Source: Octopus sinensis
Lineage: Eukaryota
Assembly: GCF_006345805.1 (NCBI RefSeq)
Contig: NC_043007.1
Location: 65,782,001-65,846,000 of the forward strand
DNA length: 64,000 nt
Reading direction: 5' to 3'
Part shown: piece by piece, positions 51,476-63,379 of the stretch
How the letters are laid out: each line of letters starts with the position of its first letter
Position numbering within the stretch: position 1 is the first letter of the stretch
Position numbers and translations under genes: made by a program
Notes under the pieces: model-generated
Databases searched by the model: none
The model's input: the letters and a program-made list of their open reading frames with translations, nothing else
What the model was told of the DNA's origin: nothing

Positions 51476-52660
51476 GCGCACACATACACACAAGCACAAA
51501 CCCACTCACATACAAATACAAATACACATGCACAGATACTTACACACACACACACACACAAGCACGCACATATACACACACACAAAAGCACATATAGGCG
51601 CACATGTCTATATACAGACACACATCTACACATGAACATGTGTATTGTACACACATACATACATACGCGCACATACACAGTTACACGTACACACACACTC
51701 AAACATAGACACACAACACACACGCATAAACATGCACAAACACACAAATCTCTATACGCCTCAGAATTATGCGTGTGTGTGTGCGTATGTATGTGCGTGT
51801 TTGTGTGCGTGTGCATATTTATATAAATATACATATTCTTACACACACACACACACACATAATATATGTGCTTGTAGTGACGAAGTATAATGGTTATTGA
51901 CGTTGTGTCTATTTTCGGCATATTTTGGCATTAGAAATTTTTTCTTTTGCCCTTACTTATAAAGTGTTTATAACTTTAACCTTTAAAGGTATTTTCTTAA
52001 TATGCTGACCATTGATAGAATTTTTTTCGAAAAATTTTATCCTACATTAGATATATATATAATACCCACATATAATATACATATTCACAGACATATATAT
52101 CATGCATATACATGCATGCACATTCTCGCACGCACGCACACACACACACACACACGCACACACATACTCACACGCACTCACTCACACATATATTAAAAAT
52201 AAAAGTTTTTCATGAATGGCCCTAACATCTCCGTTGAGAAGGACGAGATAGTAGACCTCTATACGGTCACTGACTGCAAAACATAGCAGCGAAATATCCT
52301 TCAAATCGTATCTTACTGTTTTAAATAAAGGAAAAGTGGTACATTGGAAATTACAGACCCTGATGTATAGAAAAACCGGGATGCCTGGAACGTCTTCGAA
52401 TTTAGGTAGGTCTACTGGAGAAAGCTCGTCTTGGGATCAAACGATAACAAGCAAGTCACTATGTTACCATACCTCTAGCGAACACAACAGCACCCCCAGC
52501 AACCATCCCTATCATCAGCAGCTCCACGATCCCACTATCATCATCACAATCCTCCATCACCGCCACCTTCTTGTAGTTCTATTTATTATTTACCTTGATG
52601 TTGTACAGCTTGCTTCAAATTATTTGTCCATCTTCATTTCATTATTGTTCATCATCATCG

Positions 52661-52694
<34 letters not shown>

Positions 52695-52708
52695 TACCAT
52701 CATCATCA

Positions 52709-52751
<43 letters not shown>

Positions 52752-52761
52752 GTCATCATCA

Positions 52762-52793
<32 letters not shown>

Positions 52794-53513
52794 ATCATCG
52801 GCTCTTCTTCTTCTTCTTCTTCTTCTTCTTCTTTTTCTTCTCCACGTCGTTCTACCACACATCTTTCTCCGTCATTCAACCCCACTGCCCTATCCTACTC
52901 CCACCAACGCTTCTTCCTGCCTATCTTATCACACCTCCCCCCACTTCCTTTTCTGCCAGCCAGTTTCGTCTTCCCTCTTCCGAATCTCCTTTATCTTTCC
53001 AATAATAAATAGCTTCCAATGGTTGTTAATATCTCAAACATTTTTTTCTCAGGGCATTGCAGACGGCCAAGACAGCAGCAGAGAACGCCGGAGTATGGTA
53101 GGGGAGAATGGCCCTGGCATTGATATTAGAATTGAATTTAGAGTTGGTGGTGGTGTGAGCTTTACAGGTTTCGGATTTGAAACTTCGGGGTTCAGGGTTC
53201 AATTCCAGTTTCCGTCGACTTCCTCATTTATGTTTTTCTCTATTTTTTCTCTTTTTGTTGCTATGAAATTATACAGAGGAGAAAGGGCATTGCTTCATGG
53301 CATTCCCACGTCCATCCAGACTGGTGACCAATATCTTGTGTTACCAATTTAAGGTGCAATGACTGCTGAAAAATGTAAATAAAAAGGTAGCCGGGACTCA
53401 GGTCGTGATGCTTGCAACAAAGTGGACGCCCCTATCTAAAAGTACCCAAGGACTGGATACTGACGATAAACTGGGAGGCGTGTAGGGTCGACCATACAAT
53501 ACCCATGAATAAA

Positions 53514-53899
53514 GTGGAGGCGTAATGGCCCAGTGGTTAGGGCAGCGGACTCGCGGTCGTAGGATCGCGGTTTCGATTCCCAGACCGGGCGTTGTGAGTG
53601 TTTATTGAGCGAAAAGACCTAAAGCTCCACGAGGCTCCGGCAGGGATGGTGGTGATCTCTGCTGTACTCTTTCACCACAACTTTCTCTCACTCTTACTTC
53701 TTGTTTCTGTTGTACCTGTATTTCAAAAGGCCGGCCTTGTCACTCTCTGTGTCACGATGAATATCCCCGAGAACTACGTTAAGGGTACACGTGTCTGTGG
53801 AGTGCTCAGCCACTTACACGTTAATTTCACGAGCAGGCTGTTCCGTTGATCGGATCAACCGGAACCCTCGTCGTCGGAACCGACGGAGTGCTTCCATCC
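53514..53899 (+). mobile_element. Full-length tRNA-derived SINE family C with 13-bp TSD
   Basis: A box tggcccagtgg at 53526-53536, B-box-like gtttcgattcc at 53570-53580. TSD acccatgaataaa at 53501-53513 / 53900-53912. Confidence 0.93.
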
Positions 53900-55202
53900 A
53901 CCCATGAATAAATTCCAGTGAAGGATTCAGTTTGTCGAAGTTTCACAGGAGCACACATGAAATATATGCATGTGCTTAGTCAGACAATATTGTGAATTAT
54001 GGCAGAAGTTATTAGATTTGTAAAGGACTTGTAAGGTCGGTCACATAATTTTTTTTGTTGATATACAAATGGGAATGCTCCTGTTTCTTAGGATATTTTT
54101 GTGAAGAGGGAAGCAATTCAGTCAAAGATGATCGTAGTCAATGTTATTTATTCTGCGAAACCGAATCAAAATGACTAAAGTCAATTTTTATGGATTGCGA
54201 ATTCAGGGCGGCTGGAAAACTCTTCAGAAAGAGCTTCATTTGGTGGCAGCAATTGAACAATATCTCTGACCACCAATGAAAAAATAATTATAGGTTGCTT
54301 CGGGTACTGGGACTAAGGTTCTGTGACCCATGAAAGTAATGCTTCTGAAAGTGGGCGGGGCCATCGCCTGAGTATTGGAGACAAAGTAGGAAGGTAGTGA
54401 TAGATGCATCTGTACAGTTTTTACTCTTCGTCTCCTATCTAAAGATTTTACAAAAAATTATTGTAATATTGTGATAAACTACTTGTTAGCTACAACAATG
54501 ACATTGGCAAGAAGAAGAAGAGAAGAAGAAGAAGAAGAAGAAGAAGAAGAAGAAGACGAACAACAACAGCATTATCATTATACTTCGTAATGTGAATAAG
54601 AAAATAAGCAAAAGCAAATATATACTACCTATCCTTCTCATAGTCTTATAATAGCGTGGTGCTATGATAAATGGTTACATGCATAAAACTAGTGTTCAGA
54701 ACTAAATCACATTAGGCTGATATTACATGCATATACACTATAATTGGTGGTGCGTTGAATCATAGCAAGGAACCATTGAAACAGTGCTGTGAAATGAAAT
54801 ACGTAATATTTCACGTTATTGGAGAGCTTGCCAGTTGTCGTCCTTTAGTTTCCATACAAATTGTGCCAGTGATGGGGATTTTTATGTGTTCATTCTCGTG
54901 GACGACTGGAGATATTGGAGCAAAGGGCACGTGAAAGTGAGACACTACTTCATGCAGAAACAACTAGCTTTAAAATTTCTAAAATTTCGGTATGTGGTGA
55001 AGCAAATGTTTTGCTGAACCCTAATTATAATTATACTCATAATTATAAGAATTTTTGTATAGACAGAGATAGATGGTGAGACTGATAAGAAAGGATCGCA
55101 CAGGTGAAAGTATTGACTAGCCAGACTTTAAACGTATTTGAATAGACTCGTATCACCTACACTCACACACACACAGACGCACTTTCATTTCTTGACCACC
55201 CT

Positions 55203-55298
55203 CTCTCTTCATACTCTCTCCCTCTCTTCATACTCTCTTCCTCTCTTAATACTCTCTCTTCTCTCTTCATACTCTCTCCCTCTCTGCATACACTCTCG
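55203..55298. repeat. Minisatellite, about five units of 19-20 bp
   Basis: ctctcttcatactctctcc repeated with variants. Confidence 0.8.
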
Positions 55299-55302
55299 CT
55301 CT

Positions 55303-55344
<42 letters not shown>

Positions 55345-56681
55345 ATAATCTCTCCCTTTTCTTTCGGTTGATCATCTTTCACCCTTTCTGTTTGACTCTT
55401 CTCTTTCGCCTCTTCGCCTCTCTGCCACTCTTATATTTCCCTAAATAATCACATAAACAGACATTAACACATACATCAAGAAAGACACATACAATCACAT
55501 ATTCTCTGACTGATAGTCTTTCTAAAATATCTCTCGCTTTCTCGCTCCGTCACTCACTCTCTCTCGTTGTCCCCCTCTCTATTTACGCATATTCACTCTA
55601 CTTCTCCCTTATATTCATATACACTTGCTTCTTTAGTCACTCCACTCTCTCCACTTTTTCCATTCCACACCACCTTCGCCGCTCAATTTAAAGTATGTCA
55701 CGTATCAATGTGAACAAGTTCACTGGACTTTATTCTCTGGAGATGACGTTCACTGTGACCGGAGATTCTGTCCTTGCTACATCTTTGACCACATCACATG
55801 CTTCTTGCTTCACTCTTCTTTTGACGACCTTTTCTTCTGTATTATTTTGATTTTCTCAGTATTTTGCACATCCATTCTTCCTATCTACCCCAGTCTACCA
55901 CGCCCTCCTCCTCCTGCTGTTACCCATGATCACCTTTCAAACTATTAACCATCAACACCGTTAATTATGGAAGAATCTAAAACTGTGTGAACTTACCTTA
56001 CTCTTTCTTGCTGTCCGATCTAAGTTATGAACCGTTTGAATTTTAATAAAGTATTTCTATCTATTTACTATTGTCAATTTCTAGTTTTTCCTTCTTGATT
56101 GTTGCCTAAATGTAATATAATTTACCTAAATGTAATGTAATTATATATCTCTAAATTACTTCGCATCGACGAGAACGATTATATCGAAACAGTTCGGTGT
56201 ATGAATATTAAAAAAAAACAACAACTACTTGTTGGAATTGAAAGTATATTGAATATCAACAAAAATATTTCACCAACTTGACAAAAATCATGGTAGAGAC
56301 TAAATGTCCAGTAAGATTCCTTTCCCTTGCAAAGAAACTGAACGACAAGTGGAAAATAAGTTCATAAATCAAGCAGTATCTATTTGAGTTAGGACAACAA
56401 GCAGGCACACGAAAATAGAATTGTTTACAGAATAGTCGTTCAGAATAAGAAAAGTTGTTTGAGTTTATAGGAGTAAATGTTTCACGGCATTTGTTGTGAA
56501 TCTCTGCGTTCTGAGTTCAAATCCCGCTATGGCAAACTATACTCTTCATTCTTCTAAAGTTGATAAAATACAGAAGCAGTTTAGAGCAGTGGGTTGCTAG
56601 AAAAATTTGAGCATTGGACGAAATGTCTTGCGATAATTGTTCCGGCCTACTGTTCTCTAAGAACAGATCCAAGTAGAAAGG

Positions 56682-57060
56682 ATTATTATTTTATCTCTCA
56701 GAGCTTCAGTCTGGTTGATTCTGTGAGAGCATACAACAACCTGTTGTCAGAGATCTCACAGTCTCTTTCCGTAAATTATAAGCTTTGGTACTTGGAAGTT
56801 AACTTAACGTGGAAGAAACTCAACACCCAAGCACCAATCTCAAGATCTTACCTGTCCCAATAGAGCAATTTTGGGGGCTGCTCTGCCCTTATATCAATTT
56901 CTGCGAAATATTTCTCGAACCTAGTTGTTAGTGCCCCGACTGTCCATTTCGTCTTTTAGTAGTGTGTATTTCTTCAGCTTTTCCAGTTCTTTGTAATCTC
57001 CGCGTGCATCCCCAGGTATGGCAATATCAGAGGATGTTCCCAATACAATTTGTTTACGGA
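56682..57060 (-). pseudogene. Dong/R4-like LINE 3' end (restriction-like endonuclease, 3' UTR, short AAT tail)
   Basis: DIAIPGDARGDYKELEKLKKYTLLKDE, then IALLGTGKILRLVLG. (AAT)3 at the 3' terminus (attattatt at 56682). Confidence 0.8.
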
Positions 57061-57325
57061 TATCAGAAAATAACGTCTGAAGTGAGAAATAGAGAACAAA
57101 TATGTATAGATGAAATTTTAGGAGTTCTTGAGAAAACACAACGATATAGAATGGGAAGAAGAATTTTGAGAATTTTTTTTCTTGGAATTATGTAGACAAA
57201 TTAAAAACAAAACATTTTTTTAACTAATTAAGAAAAATGTAGACAAACTGAAGATTAAGGCAATTATAAATAAAGATAACATGATAAGAGGATATATTAG
57301 AACTGTCAAGACAGACTAATAAATA

Positions 57326-57881
57326 CTCTTTTCTACTCTAGGGACAAGGCTCGAAATTTTCGGGGAGGGGACCAATCGATTAGATCGATTCCAGTACGCA
57401 ACTGGTACTCAATTTATCGATCGCGATAGGATGAAAGGCAAAGTCAACTTCGGCGGACGAAATACCCATTTCTTTACTACCCACAAGGGGCTAAACACAG
57501 AGAGAACAAACAAGGACAGACAAACGGATTAAGTCGATTATATCGACCCCAGTGCGTAACTGGTACTTATTTAATCGATCCCGAAAGGATGAAAGGCAAA
57601 GTCGAACTCGGCGGAATTTGAACTCAGAACGTGGCGGCAGACAAAATACCTATTTCTTTACTACCCACAAGGGGCTAAACACAGAGAGGACAAACAAGGA
57701 CAGACAAACGGATTAAGTCGATTACGTCGACATCAGTGCGTAACTGGTACTTATTTTATCGACCCCGAAAGGATGAAAGGCAAAGTCGACCTCGGCGGAA
57801 TTTGAACTCAGAACGTAACGGCAGACGAAATACCGCTAGGCGTTTCGCCCGGCGTGCTAACGTTTCTGCCAGCTCGCCGCC
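57326..57881 (-). mobile_element. Second trimeric SINE family B
   Basis: Same head plus three bodies (184-bp spacing) as 30441-31019. The first unit has an internal deletion. No TSD recognised. Confidence 0.9.
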
Positions 57882-58119
57882 TTGAGACAAGTGAATATTG
57901 AAGACTACGAGAAGGTGGGAATTAAAATAGTAATTAACAAGGTTAAGCAGTAACATTTTAAAAAGAAAAAAATAACAGCAAAAAGCGAAACTTCTTTGGC
58001 ATAGTAATGTGGCAAAGAAATATAGTGTCGTTAATTAAAATAAAGTACGTAAGTTGAAAAATTATGAACCTAGCATAGTAAGCAAAGTCTCGTGGCTCAA
58101 ATGACGGTAGATTTTAATA

Positions 58120-58545
58120 ATAAAAGATACAATATAGACGAGAAACAAAAGTGGTTTTATCAAAAGATAAACGGGAGCTAAAAGATTAATAGCCAATCAT
58201 AAAGAATGTAAACGTTGGGACAAACCATGGTGGCGGGTAGGAATCTCGAAATAAACACAAAAGATATTTTAAATGGTTGGTGAAAGTATGGTAAATTCTA
58301 AACAGTTGTATCTGACTTGACCTTGTAAAGATAGAAGAGAAGATGAAGATATATTGATGCTAAATACCCATCCGGAAAGCCTCTGTATTGATGGATTGCC
58401 AAGGTGATGGTTGGAAAAAGTGAACTTCCTGCCATATGAGAATAACTAAATAATTAAATGATATAGTGAATGGCAGAGATCTATTACTAGAATGGTTGAC
58501 ACGTGGTTGGACTAGTTTGTTCTTGAATGACACAAACAAAGGACT
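58120..58545 (+). pseudogene. Dong/R4-like LINE fragment (N-terminal RT region)
   Basis: KAS...DCQGDGWKK*TSCHMRITK*LNDIVNGRDLLLEWLTRGWTSLFLNDTNKG (KAPG.DG...W.K...H....LN....P.WLT.G.T.L..K-like). Confidence 0.7.
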
Positions 58546-58666
58546 AAATTGTCATCAACAGAACTGAATATTTTGAGAGATGAGTGTTGCCAGTAATGCA
58601 GTAATGCCGAAGTCAGTAAAAGTTCAATAGGCAAATGTATATGTGTGTATATATATATACATATAC

Positions 58667-59140
58667 TTTTTACCTTTTACTTGTTTCAGTCATTAGACTG
58701 CGGCCATGCTGGGGCACCACTTTGGAGAATTTTTAGTCGAATGAATCGACCTCAGTACTTATCATTTTAAGCCTGGTACTTATTCTATCGGTGTCTTTTA
58801 CCGGACCGCTAAGTTATGGGATGTAAACATACCACCACTGGCTGTCAAGCAGTGTTTGGAGACAGACACAAGGACACACACATAGATATATACATACATG
58901 CATACATACATACATACATACATACATACATACATACATACACACACGTGTATATATATATATATATATATATATAAACAACGGGCTTCTTTCAGTTTCC
59001 GTCTACCAGATCCACTCACAATGCTTTAGTCTGCCCGAGGCTATAATAGAAAACACTTGCCCAATGTGTCATGCAAAAGGCCTGGACCAAGAACCATGTG
59101 GTTGGGTAGGAAGCTTCTTACCACTCAGTCACGCCTGCGC
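58667..59140 (-). mobile_element. SINE family A, full length
   Basis: Both halves plus an internal (ATAC)n/(TA)n tract. Confidence 0.88.
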
Positions 59141-59479
59141 CGATATATACCGATGTGTGTGTGTGTGTATTTTAGCTTAGGCACAACTTTAAGCTAATGA
59201 AGTTCATTATTCTTTTGTCATCTCTCTTTCTTGTCATCAACAGAACTGAATATTTTATTTCAATTATTGGACTGCGGCCCCATACTAATGTACCGCCTGC
59301 TTTGAAAGGTTTAGTCGCGTTGTTTCAAATTTTTCTTTTGTTGGGAGGGGGGGCTACTGCCTCCTCGGCTCTAGGTCCATCCTTTCCGTCTACCCGCCCC
59401 AACTAAGAGATACCTCCTTTTACTGCAAATCCAAAGCAACTTAACATAGGAAATCCCTTTTTGTCTCGTTACCAAGTTA

Positions 59480-61030
59480 GAGTAAATTTACATCTCGACT
59501 GTAACTACAGTTTTCCCCACGTGTTTAATGAGATGGATGTGTTTGGTGCTGTGATATCAGTTTCTCAGCATCAGACTGAAAAATACTAAGAAAGTAGTTT
59601 TAGATTTCCGCATTCAGTAATTTTCAGTTTGTTTATTTGCTTAGAAAGAAGCTGATAGATCTAACTTTGATATGGTTAAACATATTTCCTAAGAGTTGTA
59701 AATGAACTTTGTTGAACTTCCTGAATACATCTGCCAGGTAAGCAATATCATGCTTGTTGGTTTTAGTTCATCGCAGAGAACAGAATTAGGCTCTTTGAAG
59801 AATGCAAACAACTACCTTAAATACTGTACACAAACGTCTTAGATACTTTCATTTCGACAACCATCAAACTTCTGTGTGCAACAACAAGCATTCAGAATCT
59901 TCGCCATTCTCAGTACAGAGCTATTGAAAAAGTCAGGAATTGAGACCACGTGCCTTGGTTTTATTTATTGCTGGAATAAACTGTGCTCAACGATTTGTGA
60001 AGTCTACTACATGGGTTTCTTTTTACAATTAGATGTTACCTGGGTGTTAAACGAGTACAGTGCACCGTAAACGTGTACGTATTTCCCCAGTAAACTGATA
60101 ACGTCACAATGACGACTTACTATTGGTGTTGCTCCGTCTTTTGCACGAGCAGCAAGAATGTTGATGATTGGGATGTCTTTCTTTTTGAAAAATATCTCAA
60201 CGACACGAAATACTGTTTCCCCTTTTCTATTTGTGGAAATCCCAGCTCTTGAACCAAACGTTCATTTTTGACAAAACGAATATAAGCAAGAAACAAACTT
60301 GTATTGCCTGGCTGAATGGACTCGACTAACTATAAGATTTTTGTTGTCCAAAGTATGTTTCACTATTCGTCTTCAAAGTTTTTAGCTCTTTTTGTCCATC
60401 CTATCCGTCTATGGTTTTGATAAGCTGATCAAGTTACTTGTGTAAAATTCTCAAAACCTCTCTATTTGCTAGCAGAATAAGCTCATCTCCAGTTGCATGA
60501 GAATGACGAGATCTAGCAATTGGCAATGAAATGCATGATACGTGCAAACTATCGCTATATTGTTGTGAATTGCTAGCTAACATATTTCCAATGGTTTTCC
60601 GTTTCTGAAAACTTCTTAGAAGTGATTGGAAATACGCAAAGTTTTGTTTACTTTTGCAGTGGGTATTTTCTTCAAATGTTAAAGACGCTTGTAAGGTTTC
60701 ATGATTTCATTTGAAAAGAATTTTCCGCACGTTAGACACATTGGTTTACTGTAAGATGATACAAGGAGATGCTGAGAAGTTCCTGGCTTTTTGTAAAAGA
60801 AATTACAGGAGGGTCAGTTGGTTATGATTTTATTCATTCTATTCCCCTCTCGGATTCACACATTTATTGCAGCGGTTCTTCAGTTTTTCCAAGCCTTGTA
60901 AAAGAACTCGGAAGTCTGAGCCTCCAACCAAGCCTTTTGCGATACCCTTCAAACCAGGAACTCTTCAGCACCCCTCGTGTTCCTGACCATACTGCCCACA
61001 CTTCTTTACTTGTTTGCTTTGCAACAGCTA
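59480..61030 (-). pseudogene. hAT (Buster/Charlie-type) transposase remnant
   Basis: KQVKKCGQY, PMCLTCGKFFSNEIMKP (60727 region), IARSRHSHATGDELIL, KDGA, KARGLNS, LLLHTEV*WLSK (59852-59887). Confidence 0.85.
60762..60977. mobile_element. Mariner-type MITE nested in the hAT transposase
   Basis: Termini caaggagatgctgagaagttcctggcttt / aaaccaggaactcttcagcacccctcg. TA at left, TG at right. Confidence 0.75.
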
Positions 61031-61184
61031 TATTTCATTGTGCAAAAAAAAAAATGAAAAGAAATTAGTTGTAAAAGTCATGGTATTACTTAGCTATTTT
61101 TGATTACTTTTAATAACACGCTTGTTATTATATTAAGGCAACATCAAAGGTGGTTGTGATATGTCTTTCTATCATAAGCACGAA

Positions 61185-61365
61185 ACCTGAAATATTGGGG
61201 GACGGGGCTAGTCGATTACATCAACTCCGTTGCTCAACTGCTATTTGTTTTATTGATTCAGAAAGGATGGAAGGCAAAGTTGACCTCAGAATGTGAAGTC
61301 AGACGGAAGAAATGCCGTTATGCATTTTGTCCGACGTACTAACGATTCTACGAGGTTACCGCCTT
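61185..61365 (-). mobile_element. SINE family B, decayed
   Basis: ctagtcgattacatc...aaaggatggaaggcaaagttgacctc...aacgattctacgaggttaccgcc. Confidence 0.7.
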
Positions 61366-61874
61366 CGTTTTGATTTTGAAAATTTGCAGAAGTCATATGT
61401 AAATAACTCGAATATATTTATCTGAGACAAAGTAACTTTAACCTTAACTTTGAAGAAAAGTTAAAATATCAAATATGGAAGATATAGAATATTTCTCACC
61501 TTTTCCCTAATTTTGTAAACTCAAGGGGGAAAACAATGACTTGTGGAATAAAAATTCTTCGATGCCAAATTGTAGTTACTTAGAACCACATGATTTGGTT
61601 CGTGATAGGTGTCAATCTCTATGGTTCCTGGTTGGGCTGTGGGGGTAGATAGGGCCATATCAGAAGCAACCATCATTAGGCCTTCTGGTTGGATTCCTAA
61701 GCATAAGAAACCGAGACTATGAATCTTATCCAACCTGTTCGTTATTTCTCTACCTCTAGTGTGCTGTTGGTTGTCTCGGCTTGTAAAATCCGTCTTGTGA
61801 TTCTTTCCTGCGACATTCTACTCACATATCCACAATATATCTTCAAGTGTATGTATGTATGTATACATTCATAC

Positions 61875-61944
<70 letters not shown>

Positions 61945-62043
61945 TTAATCAATATAGGGTGGCAAAAAATTTTGTAGAATTTTTTTGCCACCAGCGGCCT
62001 AGTGGGAAAAAATTAAATAGTCATAGACCATTTTAAGTTCAAC

Positions 62044-62787
62044 ATCACAATCCAGGAACGGCCATAATAGGCCCACCCACTAGAAATAGCAGCCAAAAGC
62101 TTTAACCGCAAAATAACATCAATTCCGTAAACCAGGAGAAAATTAAAAAAACATTTACCCTGTAATTTCTTATACGATGCACCGTTTCATCTACTGTTTA
62201 ATGGTAAACTAACCTGATTAAATTAAATCAAGCCAATCTACCATAGGCCCTTAGATTCATCAGTAAGAAATAGCCAAGTCGGAACAGATATTTTTCACGA
62301 GGCATTCCCGTCCCTGCCTCGGCAATATCTGACCTAAAATTTTCAAATCATCGCACTCGCGCCAAATTTATCGGCAGCAAATAAATATAAGCCGCCGATT
62401 CCATTACGGAATTAACCAGAAAATTCATAATTAATCAATATAGGCGGCTTATATTTATTTGCTGCCGATAAATTTGGCGCGAGTGCGATGATTTGAAAAT
62501 TTTAGGTCAGATATTGCCGAGGCAGGGACGGGAATGCCTCGTGAAAAATATCTGTTCCGACTTGGCTATTTCTTACTGATGAATCTAAGGGCCTATGGTA
62601 GATTGGCTTGATTTAATTTAATCAGGTTAGTTTACCATTAAACAGTAGATGAAACGGTGCATCGTATAAGAAATTACAGGGAAATGTTTTAATTTTCTCC
62701 TGGTTTACGGAATTGATGTTATTTTGCGGTTAAGCTTTTGGCTGCTATTTCTAGTGGGTGAATGGCCTATATGGCCGTTCCTGGATT

Positions 62788-62792
<5 letters not shown>
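62044..62792. repeat. Long fold-back: arms of about 350 bp, 46-bp spacer
   Basis: Arms 62044-62396 / 62443-62792. The inner 240 bp or so are identical by eye. Confidence 0.97.
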
Positions 62793-62838
<46 letters not shown>

Positions 62839-63019
62839 TATATATATATTATATATTATATATATATACATATATATATATATGTATTTTAATATATGTG
62901 TGTGGATGTATGCATATATAATCGTAAATCTGGTGTAATGAATTGAATAATTTATTACCAGTGGTTAGCATGTCATAAATAAAAGTAAAAAGATATAACA
63001 TACTTTTAAACTTATAAGA

Positions 63020-63041
63020 GTGTATAAAAATTTTTATACAC
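63020..63041. repeat. Perfect 22-bp palindrome
   Basis: gtgtataaaaatttttatacac. Confidence 0.9.
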
Positions 63042-63143
63042 AAAGATGAGACCATTGACAGGGCTCCTTACTTGATAGATATACCACATTTATAAATATA
63101 CGCATATCCATACATGTATATATAATATATATATATATTATAT

Positions 63144-63176
<33 letters not shown>

Positions 63177-63202
63177 TATATAATATATATATGATAGTGT
63201 GG

Positions 63203-63241
<39 letters not shown>

Positions 63242-63329
63242 ATATACATGTATGGATATGTATACATATATGTATGTATTTATGAATACACATACACACT
63301 CACATACATGCTTATATATATATAAATAC

Positions 63330-63379
<50 letters not shown>

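Noticed and set aside
52336-53352. 338-aa ORF, the longest non-TE ORF
   Set aside because: It runs through (CAT)n/(CTT)n tracts giving poly-I/S/L, has no domain motif, and its start is not a supported ATG context.
53514-53590. tRNA gene (also 21729-21800, 10477-10550)
   Set aside because: A/B boxes are present, but there is no convincing cloverleaf, and the sequence continues into a multi-copy SINE body with a TSD.
53240-53960. RTE-like coding remnant flanking the SINE
   Set aside because: Only a vague W.P...GRP resemblance across frames.
62576-62610. CTGATGA followed by a 5-bp stem in the long fold-back
   Set aside because: No GAAA follows the stem, and no type II or III permutation gives paired stems I and III.
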